A stretch of 64,000 nt of DNA from a virus (lineage: Duplodnaviria; Caudoviricetes): IMG/VR virus record IMGVR_UViG_3300013368_000005, positions 32,001-96,000 of that record; one strand, written 5' to 3'. The position numbers and the translations under genes are program-made. The notes under the pieces were generated by a model, which worked only from the letters and a program-made list of their open reading frames with translations, was not told the origin of the DNA and searched no databases. This document shows positions 19,644 to 29,994 of this stretch, piece after piece (position 1 is the stretch's first letter; every line of letters begins with the position of its first letter).

Positions 19644-20465
19644 ATGAGTAATTTATTATGGAATAAAGTAAATTATACTGCAGATATAGAATATATAATA
19701 TCTAGTTATATTAGAGAATATGATATAAAAAAGGCAAATATAAATATTTTATATAATAAAGGAGTATTGACTAAGAATCAATATGAATATTATCATAGTT
19801 TAGAAAAGAAAAAAAGAGAAGTTAGTATAGGTTGTTTATTAAGAGATAATCCTCAATATAATAAAGTATTAATTGATGGTATAAAAGAATATAAACAGAA
19901 ATTCTTTGAAGCCAATAATATTAAATTTGAGGAAGTATTATCAATAAAAAATGATGCTGTATTTATAATAAATAAAATCCCTAATATAACTGTATTTGAT
20001 AATAATGTAGAATTTGTAAATAAAAATATATTTACGTCTTATTATAAATTAGGTCCAAATAAATCTGATATTGAAGCTTATTATTATTATGATATGGTTA
20101 ATAATACTGAAAAAATAGATATTAAAGGTATCAAAGATGAAAAAATATATTTACATGAAGATTACTTTTTAGAATTTTTAAAAGTATGTTTTTGTTCTGC
20201 TCAATCTGAAGGCATAAAACCTACTATAGATTTAATATCATCATTTTATAATAGATATATTAATTTGCAATTAGATATAGGATATTATAGAGAATTTAGA
20301 TCAGATTGTTGTTACACATTAAAAGGATTAAGCCAATATAGTATATTTAAATCTTTTAATTTGGAAGAACATAATAAACAATATGTAAATATTATAGTTA
20401 ATTTAAATATAATTAGACAACTTCATAAATACTTTTCTCAAATTTATTTTTCTAATAGTAGATAA
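19644..20465 (+). CDS. Hypothetical protein with PolB palm-like motifs
   Basis: REYDIKKANINIL and SIKNDAVF resemble motifs A and C; weak. Confidence 0.4.
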   Translation: MSNLLWNKVNYTADIEYIISSYIREYDIKKANINILYNKGVLTKNQYEYYHSLEKKKREVSIGCLLRDNPQYNKVLIDGIKEYKQKFFEANNIKFEEVLSIKNDAVFIINKIPNITVFDNNVEFVNKNIFTSYYKLGPNKSDIEAYYYYDMVNNTEKIDIKGIKDEKIYLHEDYFLEFLKVCFCSAQSEGIKPTIDLISSFYNRYINLQLDIGYYREFRSDCCYTLKGLSQYSIFKSFNLEEHNKQYVNIIVNLNIIRQLHKYFSQIYFSNSR

Positions 20466-20492
20466 AAAAGGATAGCGTTAAATCGCTATCCT

Positions 20493-20942
20493 TTATTTTT
20501 TATATGTTGCAACTTCCTGTCCATTGTTATTTTCAATAACATATTGCATTACTCTTAAATATACCTTCTCATTTATAAGTTCACCTAAACCGTCTTTATT
20601 ATAAATTAATGATAATTTATCGATCATAGCAGGTGATATTGTATTCAGTATCTTATAAGATACATGTTTAACTATTTCTGCTTCTGATTTAGAATCTATA
20701 TAATGTGTATCTTTAAATGCTTCATTCAAAGCCAAATATTCTAAAAAACATTCTTCTATTAAAGAAGGTAATAATGCAAAGTCTTCAGGTGTGATTTTAT
20801 AATTTACATTTATCATATAATAATCCTGTCTGATTTTTTTACTCTCATTTCTTGATGATACTATTAAATACCATGAAAAAGTTAATATAAAAATAATTGA
20901 AGTTATTAAAGCTAAAAATAATAATTGTTCTAAAATATTCAT
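20493..20942 (-). CDS. Single-pass membrane protein
   Basis: N-terminal TM segment; AGGAGG RBS. Confidence 0.7.
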   Translation of the reverse strand: MNILEQLLFLALITSIIFILTFSWYLIVSSRNESKKIRQDYYMINVNYKITPEDFALLPSLIEECFLEYLALNEAFKDTHYIDSKSEAEIVKHVSYKILNTISPAMIDKLSLIYNKDGLGELINEKVYLRVMQYVIENNNGQEVATYKK

Positions 20943-20971
20943 AAATAAATTCCTCCTAAATATATATATTA

Positions 20972-21625
20972 TTATCTATTTAAACAAGACCAGTCCAATA
21001 TTCTATCCCTTACTTGAAGAAGATCTGCATCTACTGAACCACCGTTTTGTATTGCTCTTTTAATATAAAATAATATTTTAAATGCTATATCCTGTGTTAA
21101 ACCTGTATTATATCTTAATAGAAAATCATACCAATTTCCAAAACACATATCTGGATGTATAAAGAAATCGGGATTATTATGATATAATTGATGTGGCGTT
21201 AGTGATAGCATTACCAATTGTATACGATTATTGATATGTTCATGTTTTAAAAGAGTAACTAAATCAAAGGTAGTTATTTTGCCTTTAGTATTTAAAACAT
21301 GTTCTGTGATAATTACAGCTATATCAAATATGGTAATCATATTATGATGCATTTCTACTTTAGCCATTGTATCTGCAACTATGCTAGAATGGAATTGGCA
21401 TCTATCGAATCCTAATCCATAAAGGTAACCCTTATAATGTTTATAAGTCCTACTATGCCTAAATCTAGCTATTGCATTTTCTATAAATCTTTTATAAGAT
21501 TCGACATCTAATAAGGTATCTCTAGTTTGAGCAAAAGGCAATTCATATGGACTGTTCGGTGAGGATATTGTTGGGTTTTCATCATTATACGAATCAATAT
21601 CTGGTAATTTATTATAGTCTTCCAT
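20972..21625 (-). CDS. Late protein with HNH-like His motifs; paralog of 10499-11311
   Basis: VEMHHNMITIFD...LVMLSLTPHQLYHN; AACA-TCTAAA-TA upstream. Confidence 0.65.
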   Translation of the reverse strand: MEDYNKLPDIDSYNDENPTISSPNSPYELPFAQTRDTLLDVESYKRFIENAIARFRHSRTYKHYKGYLYGLGFDRCQFHSSIVADTMAKVEMHHNMITIFDIAVIITEHVLNTKGKITTFDLVTLLKHEHINNRIQLVMLSLTPHQLYHNNPDFFIHPDMCFGNWYDFLLRYNTGLTQDIAFKILFYIKRAIQNGGSVDADLLQVRDRILDWSCLNR

Positions 21626-21717
21626 TTTAAAGACCTCCTCTTATTTGTTGTTATTTAGATGTTATTCTCCAATATTTGGCAATTATACATAATTGTATAT
21701 CTTTAGAATTTAAATTA

Positions 21718-21789
21718 TATATTATAATAATGTAATAAAGTTTGTAAGTTCTTTATATAGAAATAAAAATATTAAACTTACAGAAGGGG
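21718..21789 (+). promoter_or_regulatory. Early promoter plus conserved leader hairpin, copy B
   Basis: TATATTAT...AAAGTTTGTAAGTTCTTTATATA...AAACTTACAGAAGGGG. Confidence 0.65.
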
Positions 21790-21798
21790 TTAAATATA

Positions 21799-22479
21799 AT
21801 GTCAAGAATATGTGTAAAAGTTGAAGAAAAGGATGGGAAGTTATTTATAACTTCTATAGAGGGTAATGTGGATAAATTTTACTTAACTGTATATAATCCA
21901 CTAGAACCTAATATTATAGGTATATTTGAAGATGGGGATAGCTTCATTCATACCAATCAATTTAAAGAATGGACTGTTAAAAAAGTATCAGAGGGAGAAT
22001 GGAGATTTGAGCATTCTACATTTAAAGATAAATTAATCAAATCGGGAAATTTATATTTATTAGCTACAAGTTCTGGAGCAGCTAGAAATGGAATAATGCA
22101 TAATTATAAAGAACCTGAAAATATATTAGATGTTTTAATGCAATCGTCTAAAGGTAAAATAAAGTATAGGAAAGCTCGTCTAAACGAGAGTGATATTTAT
22201 ATTTCAGGGGATACATTATTAGGAGATCGTTCTTATAAAATTACGAGATGTATTTCTGATGGTAGACCAATAGAAATATCTCAAAAGGATAAATATACTA
22301 TATGTAAATATGACAATGCATCTGTAGTCATTTATATAACTATACAAAATCTTTATGATAATTATAATATAACTTTAGAGCTATATACTAATATGAGTAT
22401 AGAGGAAGTATGTAACAAAAGTAATTTAATCAATGATACTATAACCATAATAAAAGAAAATACAGAAGGGGTATTATAG
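21799..22479 (+). CDS. Hypothetical early protein
   Basis: ORF with RBS. Confidence 0.7.
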   Translation: MSRICVKVEEKDGKLFITSIEGNVDKFYLTVYNPLEPNIIGIFEDGDSFIHTNQFKEWTVKKVSEGEWRFEHSTFKDKLIKSGNLYLLATSSGAARNGIMHNYKEPENILDVLMQSSKGKIKYRKARLNESDIYISGDTLLGDRSYKITRCISDGRPIEISQKDKYTICKYDNASVVIYITIQNLYDNYNITLELYTNMSIEEVCNKSNLINDTITIIKENTEGVL

Positions 22480-22482
22480 AAA

Positions 22483-22779
22483 ATGGAGGAAAATAATTAT
22501 ACTGTAACCACCAAACAATTTAAATGTAAAAGCGAGGCAATGTTAGATGTCACATTAGATGATGAAAAAATATCTATTCCTGTATCCGAATTATTAAATT
22601 GTCAAATAGGATATTCATATAATATATCGTCTAATGATAATTCAAACAGAAAAATACTTACATTAACAAATAAAGCTTTATATGGATGCGAGTTATCACT
22701 AATATATTATGAAATTAATACATTGAAATCTATTACAATTATAAAAATTACTATTGAATCGAGTTCTATAGTAATATAG
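22483..22779 (+). CDS. Hypothetical protein, probable paralog of the next gene
   Basis: ISIPVSELLNCQIG resembles LDITGWQLFDLPIG; both end with IIKIT. Confidence 0.6.
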   Translation: MEENNYTVTTKQFKCKSEAMLDVTLDDEKISIPVSELLNCQIGYSYNISSNDNSNRKILTLTNKALYGCELSLIYYEINTLKSITIIKITIESSSIVI

Positions 22780-22793
22780 GAGATTAAAGAAAT

Positions 22794-23072
22794 ATGTTTG
22801 TCAAAAATAAGAAAAATACTGTTGATATTTATAATTCTGATATAATTACTCTAAAGGCAGGACATCGAGAATTAGATATAACTGGGTGGCAATTATTTGA
22901 TTTACCAATTGGCGGCACGATAGGAATTATAGATGGAGCATATTCTCATTTTATATTTGTAAATGAAATAGATATAAAAAGGAAGAGATGTGTTGTTACA
23001 ATGTCAAAAAGAAACATTGATAATCCATCTTATAGCAATATAATAAAAATAACATATAATATTAAAGATTAG
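22794..23072 (+). CDS. Hypothetical protein
   Basis: AGGAG RBS. Confidence 0.6.
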   Translation: MFVKNKKNTVDIYNSDIITLKAGHRELDITGWQLFDLPIGGTIGIIDGAYSHFIFVNEIDIKRKRCVVTMSKRNIDNPSYSNIIKITYNIKD

Positions 23073-23165
23073 AATAAACCAGGCTCTCCCCTGGTTTATT
23101 TTTTCTCTATTACATTTATTTTTTAACTACATATAAGTAATAATAGAAGGGAGATGTGATTAGTT

Positions 23166-25661
23166 ATGGCATATAACGTGGAAAATATTAAAACTGATAA
23201 TATACCTTTATTGGATGAATTAATATTTAATTTAAAAAAATTGCTATATGATTCTGTAATGAAGGATGAAGAAGCAGCTTTAAATAATGAAACTTTAGAA
23301 TCACAAAAAGAATCAGATGTCTATATATCTTGTTTACAAGACAGGGCTAATTTAAATATGTTTGATTATAAAATGCAGGAATTAATAAATCTTGGAATAC
23401 CTGATTATTTAATAAATGATATCTTATTAGATCCGAGTAATACTCCAGATAGTTTTAAGAAACCTTTATTAAAGTTTAAAACACAACAATTTATAGATAA
23501 TTATGTAGAAAAAAATAATTATTATCGTATGTTGAATGGTATACCCGATATAGGAGATTCTGGTATTAAAATACCAGAAGAATATTTAGATATTCAATTA
23601 AGAGGTATAATAGATACTAATATTTATGTACATCAAATGAGGGATACAGAAATAGATGTATTATATACATTTAATATAATCAATAGACTCATTCAGGAAA
23701 ATCCTACAAAGAAATACCTAGAGCATATGGGATCTAAGAGTATACCTATTATTGATGCTAGAACATCAAAGAAATTTGAATTGTTATATACAACTATTGA
23801 TTGCCCTAGAGAAGTATTAGTTAGATTTAGAGAAAAATTCGAACAAAATAGAATTTATACTTTAAAGGTGTTATATTCTGATGCATTTAAATTTGGTTCA
23901 GATTATTACGATAATTTTATGCAAGTTCTTATTCTTATCGAAACAGCTAAAGATATGTTAGCTGAGTTACCAGATTTTATTATTAAAAAGGATATCTTTG
24001 ATTTTAGAATGATAGAATTAATATTTCAATCTAACGGTATAGATTTTTTTCCAGAGATTCCTTTTAGATATCAAATAGCTATGGTAAGAAATTTAAATAG
24101 GTTAATTAAATTTAAATCCACTACAAAGAATATAATAGATATTTGTTCACTATTTGGGTTTGAAAACATACAAGTATTCAAATACTATCTACTCAGAGAT
24201 AGGAAATATGATAAGTTTGGAAACTATGAATTCAATTTTAAAGAAATTGTAAATGATGATAGTGGAGAGATAGAAATAGTAGAGGATGTTGCCGAGAATT
24301 ATGATTTAAAATTCTTAAAAGTACCAATTCAGGATAAAGCTGACGATTACTTATATGATAGAAGTAAATATCTAGATTATGATGAAATAGCTCTTGGAGA
24401 TAAATATTGGAATGGTGATTTAGATCATAATGATGTAAAAAGAGCAATATTGGAAGATGAATTTAATTATTTACAGTCTAAATATATTTCTATAGATACA
24501 ATATATAGTATGACAGAATTATCTTTTCAATTATGCTATTTTTATAATATATTATTTGATGAATATAAACTTGAAGATAAATTATTCGTAAGAGTTCCCA
24601 CTATAAATGGATTAGCTAAATTTAAATTGGTAGATCTAATAAGCTATCTTTATTCTTTAATGTATGAATACAATGGAGTGGTGGATGATTTAATGGATAC
24701 CCCTACTAAAATACTTTATATTAAAGGATTTAATTTTTCTGTAGATATGACTGCATTGGCGGCGTATGTTCAAGAACAAGGATTTACTATGGAAGAATTA
24801 GGAGTAGGTGGATTTATAATTCCAGAAACAGGTCTTTTATCTTACGAACAGTTAATACATGTATATACTAATAATAAAAATATGCATGATCATATTGTTA
24901 AGCAATTATATAAAGCTGATAATAAGAAGATATATGATATATATAAGAAAATATATGATAGTTTAATGATAATGGAATTAAGTATGAAATTTTTTACTTT
25001 AAAAGATGGTACTATTGCAAAAACGTATACCCAGTTTCTAAAAGAAAGAGATGTTATTCTTTATCAATCGCTTATAACAGTAAGGGCAACTGATAACAAT
25101 AGAGTTAAACAACAAAAGATAACAGAACTTATAGATGCTGTAATATACGCAATAGAAGAATATTTAGATGATGAACAGTTTAAGTTTATTTTTTCATTCT
25201 TACCTTCTGCTTCATCTGAAGCTGTAAAAAGATATATATATAAAGTAGTTAATTTCTTTAAATCTTATAAAGTAGATATACTTAGTATTAATACTATATA
25301 TAAATTTGATGATAAGTTAGAAAATAAAATAAATATTATAGATGATATATTTATCAAATATTTTTATACAAAACATGAGACTATAGATGCAATTTCTAAA
25401 TTAAGGAATAATGTAAATTTAACCAAAAAGGATATGCAGAAAATAATTGAGAAAATATATTTTGAAACCACTTTCTGGATGGATTTATTTAATTCGGATA
25501 ATATTACTACAAAAGATATAATGAATTTATTATCTACATTAAATCCTAAATCGTATGTTGATATCGGTGAAACAATAAGTACAATTGTAACTAAAAGACT
25601 TGAAAAGGAAAGTTTAAATATTAATGATAAGATTAGTATAACACCATTTACTGAAATCTAA
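23166..25661 (+). CDS. Large putative virion structural (baseplate-like) protein
   Basis: 831 aa; late-like TACA-N6-TA upstream; RNLNRLIKFKST...LFGF resembles baseplate wedge motifs. Confidence 0.5.
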   Translation: MAYNVENIKTDNIPLLDELIFNLKKLLYDSVMKDEEAALNNETLESQKESDVYISCLQDRANLNMFDYKMQELINLGIPDYLINDILLDPSNTPDSFKKPLLKFKTQQFIDNYVEKNNYYRMLNGIPDIGDSGIKIPEEYLDIQLRGIIDTNIYVHQMRDTEIDVLYTFNIINRLIQENPTKKYLEHMGSKSIPIIDARTSKKFELLYTTIDCPREVLVRFREKFEQNRIYTLKVLYSDAFKFGSDYYDNFMQVLILIETAKDMLAELPDFIIKKDIFDFRMIELIFQSNGIDFFPEIPFRYQIAMVRNLNRLIKFKSTTKNIIDICSLFGFENIQVFKYYLLRDRKYDKFGNYEFNFKEIVNDDSGEIEIVEDVAENYDLKFLKVPIQDKADDYLYDRSKYLDYDEIALGDKYWNGDLDHNDVKRAILEDEFNYLQSKYISIDTIYSMTELSFQLCYFYNILFDEYKLEDKLFVRVPTINGLAKFKLVDLISYLYSLMYEYNGVVDDLMDTPTKILYIKGFNFSVDMTALAAYVQEQGFTMEELGVGGFIIPETGLLSYEQLIHVYTNNKNMHDHIVKQLYKADNKKIYDIYKKIYDSLMIMELSMKFFTLKDGTIAKTYTQFLKERDVILYQSLITVRATDNNRVKQQKITELIDAVIYAIEEYLDDEQFKFIFSFLPSASSEAVKRYIYKVVNFFKSYKVDILSINTIYKFDDKLENKINIIDDIFIKYFYTKHETIDAISKLRNNVNLTKKDMQKIIEKIYFETTFWMDLFNSDNITTKDIMNLLSTLNPKSYVDIGETISTIVTKRLEKESLNINDKISITPFTEI

Positions 25662-25724
25662 TTATAACGTTTACTTTGTAAACATATATATAATTATGAG
25701 TAAATTAAGATAGGAGGAAATAGA

Positions 25725-26534
25725 ATGAAAAATAAAATTCTTCCTTTATTTGATAAAGGAAAAAATTACGATTCATGTTCAGTTCATAGAACTAATATAG
25801 TTATAAAGAATGAGTTTACTGGAGAAGAAGTTTTCAGGGGTTCTAATAAAGTAATAATTGGAGGTTCAGCATTTACAGCTGCCAAGCATTGGAATATAGC
25901 ACCACCAGTTTTTACGCCAACATATAATACTATAATGGGATTAGATAATTCTGTTATAGAACCTTATTCGGGTGATGGTATTAGAAAAGAAGAACAGGTA
26001 TTTTTATTTGCAGTAGGTACAGATGGCTGTGGACAAGAAAACTCACAAGTATTCGATGTAAATTATACTAAATGGATAGCTCCAGAAAATTTAGTTCCAT
26101 TTAGATATCAATTAGAAACAAATGATATCGCAGGACATTTAAGAGATAAATATTTTGGAAGAAAAACAACAACAAATAGAATAGCTTATTATTTTAAAGC
26201 ATTCGAGATGCCACCTCTATTTAAACAGCAATATGTAGATGGGACACCAATAGATGAAAATATTTATACATCAAGCAGAATAGAAGAAGTTGAATCTTTT
26301 GTAGAAATAAATTTAAAAATAACTAAAGAAGATTGCAGAGACTTCTTTTTAGCAACAACAGGTATAAACGATGCTAGAATTAACACTATATCTCTATTGA
26401 CAGCATGGAAAAAAGAAATAGATGGTTATGTTTATTATCAAGATATTAGACCATTAACAAAGCTAAACTTTCCTAACGAGTCATTGATTGATATGTCAAA
26501 AGGATTAGACATTATATACGATATATATTATTAA
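25725..26534 (+). CDS. Putative baseplate or tail structural protein
   Basis: Late promoter at 25681-25692; NKVIIGG, FAVGTDG, INTISL and C-terminal DIIYDIYY pattern. Confidence 0.5.
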   Translation: MKNKILPLFDKGKNYDSCSVHRTNIVIKNEFTGEEVFRGSNKVIIGGSAFTAAKHWNIAPPVFTPTYNTIMGLDNSVIEPYSGDGIRKEEQVFLFAVGTDGCGQENSQVFDVNYTKWIAPENLVPFRYQLETNDIAGHLRDKYFGRKTTTNRIAYYFKAFEMPPLFKQQYVDGTPIDENIYTSSRIEEVESFVEINLKITKEDCRDFFLATTGINDARINTISLLTAWKKEIDGYVYYQDIRPLTKLNFPNESLIDMSKGLDIIYDIYY

Positions 26535-26588
26535 AATAATAAAGAGGAGGTATAATCTCCTCTTTATTTTTTAGAGGAGGAATTAAAT

Positions 26589-27833
26589 ATGGCACAGAAA
26601 AGACAAATAAGAACAGCAAGAGCTGTTACTAAAAAAGAAGATATTGATTATTTAGTTAATATAAAAGAAGAAGATATTACAACAAGTTTTATAATGGATA
26701 CATTTGCAGAATTTAATGGTAAAACTAGATTTGATCCATATGATACTATAACTATACCTCCTGGTTCTTATGGTCCAGAAGGAAAAAAGAATAAAAATTC
26801 ATTTGACACAACAGTAGGATTATGGATTTTTAATAAATATTTTATAGAGAAAGATTTATTTAATTTATTTTTACCAAGTGGATATATAAATAAGTCTATA
26901 GATAAGAAAACTTTTGGAATGATAAATACCAAATTATCCAGGGCGATATTAGAAGATGATATAGAATTAGAAGCATCAAAAAGATATTTAATGAAAACAC
27001 AAAAGAGTATGCCTTATGTTAGTATATTATCTCCTAGCCATACATTAAGTTTATTATTAAGTCCTAAAGAAATAGAAAAAAAGAAAAAAGAACTAGCTAA
27101 AAAATATGCTAAAGAGTTAGAAGCAGGAGACGAAATAGTAGCGGAAAAAATAGAAACAGAGTTATTAGAATTTGCTAAGAGTTTTCTGGCAGGAGACCCT
27201 TCTATGGATTTCTATAATTCAGGAGCCAGAGGCTCATTTGGAAATAACTTTAAAAATATGTATGTAATGAAGGGTGCAATCAAAGATCCAGATCCAAACA
27301 AAGGTTATAATATCGCAATGTCAAATTATATGAATGGCATATCTAGAGAAGAATATGCAACATTCGCAAACTCATTAGCAGCTGGTCCTTATGCTAGAGG
27401 AAAGAAAACAGAAATCGGTGGTTATATGGAAAAACTATATTTATCGGCATTTCAACATATCACTTTAGACAAGCCTGGTTCAGATTGTCATACTGATCAA
27501 TATATAGAAGTTTTATTAGAAGGAAAATCAATAGATGATTATATGTATTCATATGTAATAGACGGAAATAATCTTGTAGAATTAACTTCTAAGACTATAG
27601 ATAAATATAAAGGAAAGAAAGTTAAATTGAGATTCTCTTCTTTATGTAAGAGTAAAACAGGTATTTGTAATAAATGTGCTGGGACTTTATTATATAGATT
27701 AGGATTAAAAAATGCAGGTATGACTTTACCAATAATACCTTCTACCCTAAAGAATTTAAGTATGAAAAGTTTCCATGATAGTAGCGTAGTAACAATAGAA
27801 ATGGACCCTATGAAGGCATTTGGTTTAAAATAA
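26589..27833 (+). CDS. Phage RNA polymerase beta'-like subunit, C-terminal part (bridge helix, zinc site, trigger loop)
   Basis: SGARGS; SNYMNGI...KKTEIGGYMEK (cf. SNFREGL...KTANSGYLTR); DC...RFSSLC...GICNKCAG (zinc site); NLSMKSFH (cf. QLTMRTFH). Confidence 0.92.
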   Translation: MAQKRQIRTARAVTKKEDIDYLVNIKEEDITTSFIMDTFAEFNGKTRFDPYDTITIPPGSYGPEGKKNKNSFDTTVGLWIFNKYFIEKDLFNLFLPSGYINKSIDKKTFGMINTKLSRAILEDDIELEASKRYLMKTQKSMPYVSILSPSHTLSLLLSPKEIEKKKKELAKKYAKELEAGDEIVAEKIETELLEFAKSFLAGDPSMDFYNSGARGSFGNNFKNMYVMKGAIKDPDPNKGYNIAMSNYMNGISREEYATFANSLAAGPYARGKKTEIGGYMEKLYLSAFQHITLDKPGSDCHTDQYIEVLLEGKSIDDYMYSYVIDGNNLVELTSKTIDKYKGKKVKLRFSSLCKSKTGICNKCAGTLLYRLGLKNAGMTLPIIPSTLKNLSMKSFHDSSVVTIEMDPMKAFGLK

Positions 27834-27954
27834 CTAAATATATCAAAAGAATATTTATTTTAATCAAGCTATACCATAACTGGTATAGCTTGTCTTTTTT
27901 GTTTTATACATAATATCAAACTATAATATAATAAATAATAAGGGAGAGATTAAT

Positions 27955-28626
27955 ATGACAAATGAATGGATTGAAAATGAATTAGACTTATATGAAAACG
28001 CACATAATATCAAACTTAATAAAGAAGAAATAAAAGGTGTTATAGAAATCTTTAAAGCACAAGGACACAGCGGTTTTAGTGCTAGTTATGTTATTGGTTA
28101 CATTAAGCGTCTTATATTAACTTATGATGAAACAAAAAGAGATTTAGAGAAAATGTTAAAATCAGAGGATAAAGATGGAATGCAAACACTTATAACAGAT
28201 AATATATTTGATATATACAATGCATGTGAAAATCTGAATGTATCTGAGACAGGATTAATACTATCCTTATTAGAGCATAAACCCCTTACTCCATTGACAG
28301 GCGAAGACAATGAATGGGGCGAATCATTTGATGATGATAATTTACAACAAAATAACAGATGCTCTGCAGTTTTTAGAGAGAAATATGATAATGGTCTTAT
28401 AATACCATATTATCTAGATGATACAGTATATTCTGATGATGGAGGATTATCATTTTATAGTACTAATAAATTTGGTAGAAAAGAAATATCTTTTCCGTTT
28501 ACAGTACCAGAAAAATCTGAATATGTATATTTGTATTATAGTGATGAAGAAACAAGACCTATAATATTAACTAATGCAGAGACTATTAAAAAATTACGTA
28601 ATATAAAAGAAACTGATTCAAAATAA
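27955..28626 (+). CDS. Phage hypothetical protein (QGHSGFSA...PLTPLTGEDNEW type)
   Basis: Paralog of 28935-29525. Confidence 0.7.
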   Translation: MTNEWIENELDLYENAHNIKLNKEEIKGVIEIFKAQGHSGFSASYVIGYIKRLILTYDETKRDLEKMLKSEDKDGMQTLITDNIFDIYNACENLNVSETGLILSLLEHKPLTPLTGEDNEWGESFDDDNLQQNNRCSAVFREKYDNGLIIPYYLDDTVYSDDGGLSFYSTNKFGRKEISFPFTVPEKSEYVYLYYSDEETRPIILTNAETIKKLRNIKETDSK

Positions 28627-28653
28627 TTAGATTATAAAAAGGAGAGATTTAAT

Positions 28654-28938
28654 ATGTATTGTGAAGAAAAAAAACATGAAATCGATAAGGCTATTAAAGA
28701 TATAGAAGATAAAGGTGGTATTACATGGAAAGCTGATGGAACCATGGATATACCAGATATACTACAAGTTAAAAAAGAATTTTATGAAAATGGTAATATC
28801 AAATCTAAAGAACACATGGGTACAAGAATAGAATATGATGAAGAAGGAAAACAAACTTATTTTAAAGATTTAGATGGCAATGAACTGTTTTTTGATAAAG
28901 AAGGAAATATCGTTAAACACAATCCAGCTGTAAAGTGA
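28654..28938 (+). CDS. Small YD/MORN-like repeat protein
   Basis: YENGNIK, EYDEEGKQ, FDKEGNI. Confidence 0.6.
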   Translation: MYCEEKKHEIDKAIKDIEDKGGITWKADGTMDIPDILQVKKEFYENGNIKSKEHMGTRIEYDEEGKQTYFKDLDGNELFFDKEGNIVKHNPAVK

Positions 28939-29525
28939 ATAATATAAAGAGGGGAATAGATATGACAGATCAATGGATTAAAAATGAATTAGATCTATAT
29001 GAGAAAACTCATAATATAAAACTTAATAGAAATAATATATTAAAAGTATTAGAAAAAATACCTGAAGATGAACAATATTCTTTATATCTAAAAGATAGAG
29101 ATTATATTAATCTTAACCTTACGCAAAAAGAAATGGAACTTATAATGCCATTAATGACTAGAATTCCTATTACTCCTTTAACTGGAGATAACAATGAATG
29201 GATTATGGTAACTCGTGGTAATAGTTCATTAAAATTTTATGCTAACAAAAGATCTATTAATACTTATAAAAAGGAATTTGAAAACGGTATAACGATATAT
29301 TATCATAAATTTTATGTAGAAAATGCATTAGACCTATATAGAAGTGGTTCTAGAATAGAAAATAGAGAGATAAAGTTTCCATTTATAGTACCTTTTCATA
29401 ATGAATATATTTATGAATATATACATGAGTTTAATGGTCTATCAGAATCTGTATTATTAACAAATGAGGAAACTATTAAAAAAATAAAAAGTATTATGAA
29501 ATCTAATATAATATGCAATGAGTAA
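28935..29525 (+). CDS. Paralog of 27955-28626 lacking the QGHSG segment
   Basis: MTDQWIKNELDLYEKTHNIKLN matches MTNEWIENELDLYENAHNIKLN; PITPLTGDNNEW; LTNEETIKK. Confidence 0.75.
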   Translation: MNNIKRGIDMTDQWIKNELDLYEKTHNIKLNRNNILKVLEKIPEDEQYSLYLKDRDYINLNLTQKEMELIMPLMTRIPITPLTGDNNEWIMVTRGNSSLKFYANKRSINTYKKEFENGITIYYHKFYVENALDLYRSGSRIENREIKFPFIVPFHNEYIYEYIHEFNGLSESVLLTNEETIKKIKSIMKSNIICNE

Positions 29526-29716
29526 ATATAAAGGTTATACCATTTGGTATAACCTTTTAACTTATTTTATAACCATATATTATACATATGAATATAAACC
29601 AAGAAAGGAGTTGAAAACAGTAATGAAAATAGCAGCAATAGTTATATCGCTATGTGCAATAATTTTAAATATAATTACTTTATTTATTAGAAGAAAATAA
29701 AAGGAGATGTTTTATT

Positions 29717-29935
29717 ATGGATAACTTTATTGTTCAAAAAAACCTCGCAAAAGATTTGGAACTATTCCAGAAGGAAAATATATGTAACTACGCTTCAAAT
29801 CAATGTAAGTCATGTGTTTTTAATATTGAAAATGGATGTGCATATAATTTAGTTATAAATGTATTATCTAATAACTTGAGTTTTAATAAAGAAATAAGTA
29901 AAAAACAATATAGGGAGATTATGGGATTTAAATAA
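29717..29935 (+). CDS. Small Cys-containing hypothetical protein
   Basis: AAGGAG RBS; C..CxxC..C. Confidence 0.55.
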   Translation: MDNFIVQKNLAKDLELFQKENICNYASNQCKSCVFNIENGCAYNLVINVLSNNLSFNKEISKKQYREIMGFK

Positions 29936-29994
29936 TTAATTTATAGAAGTAAAAATAATAGTATAATAAATAATATTTTTTAGGGGGAAATAAT

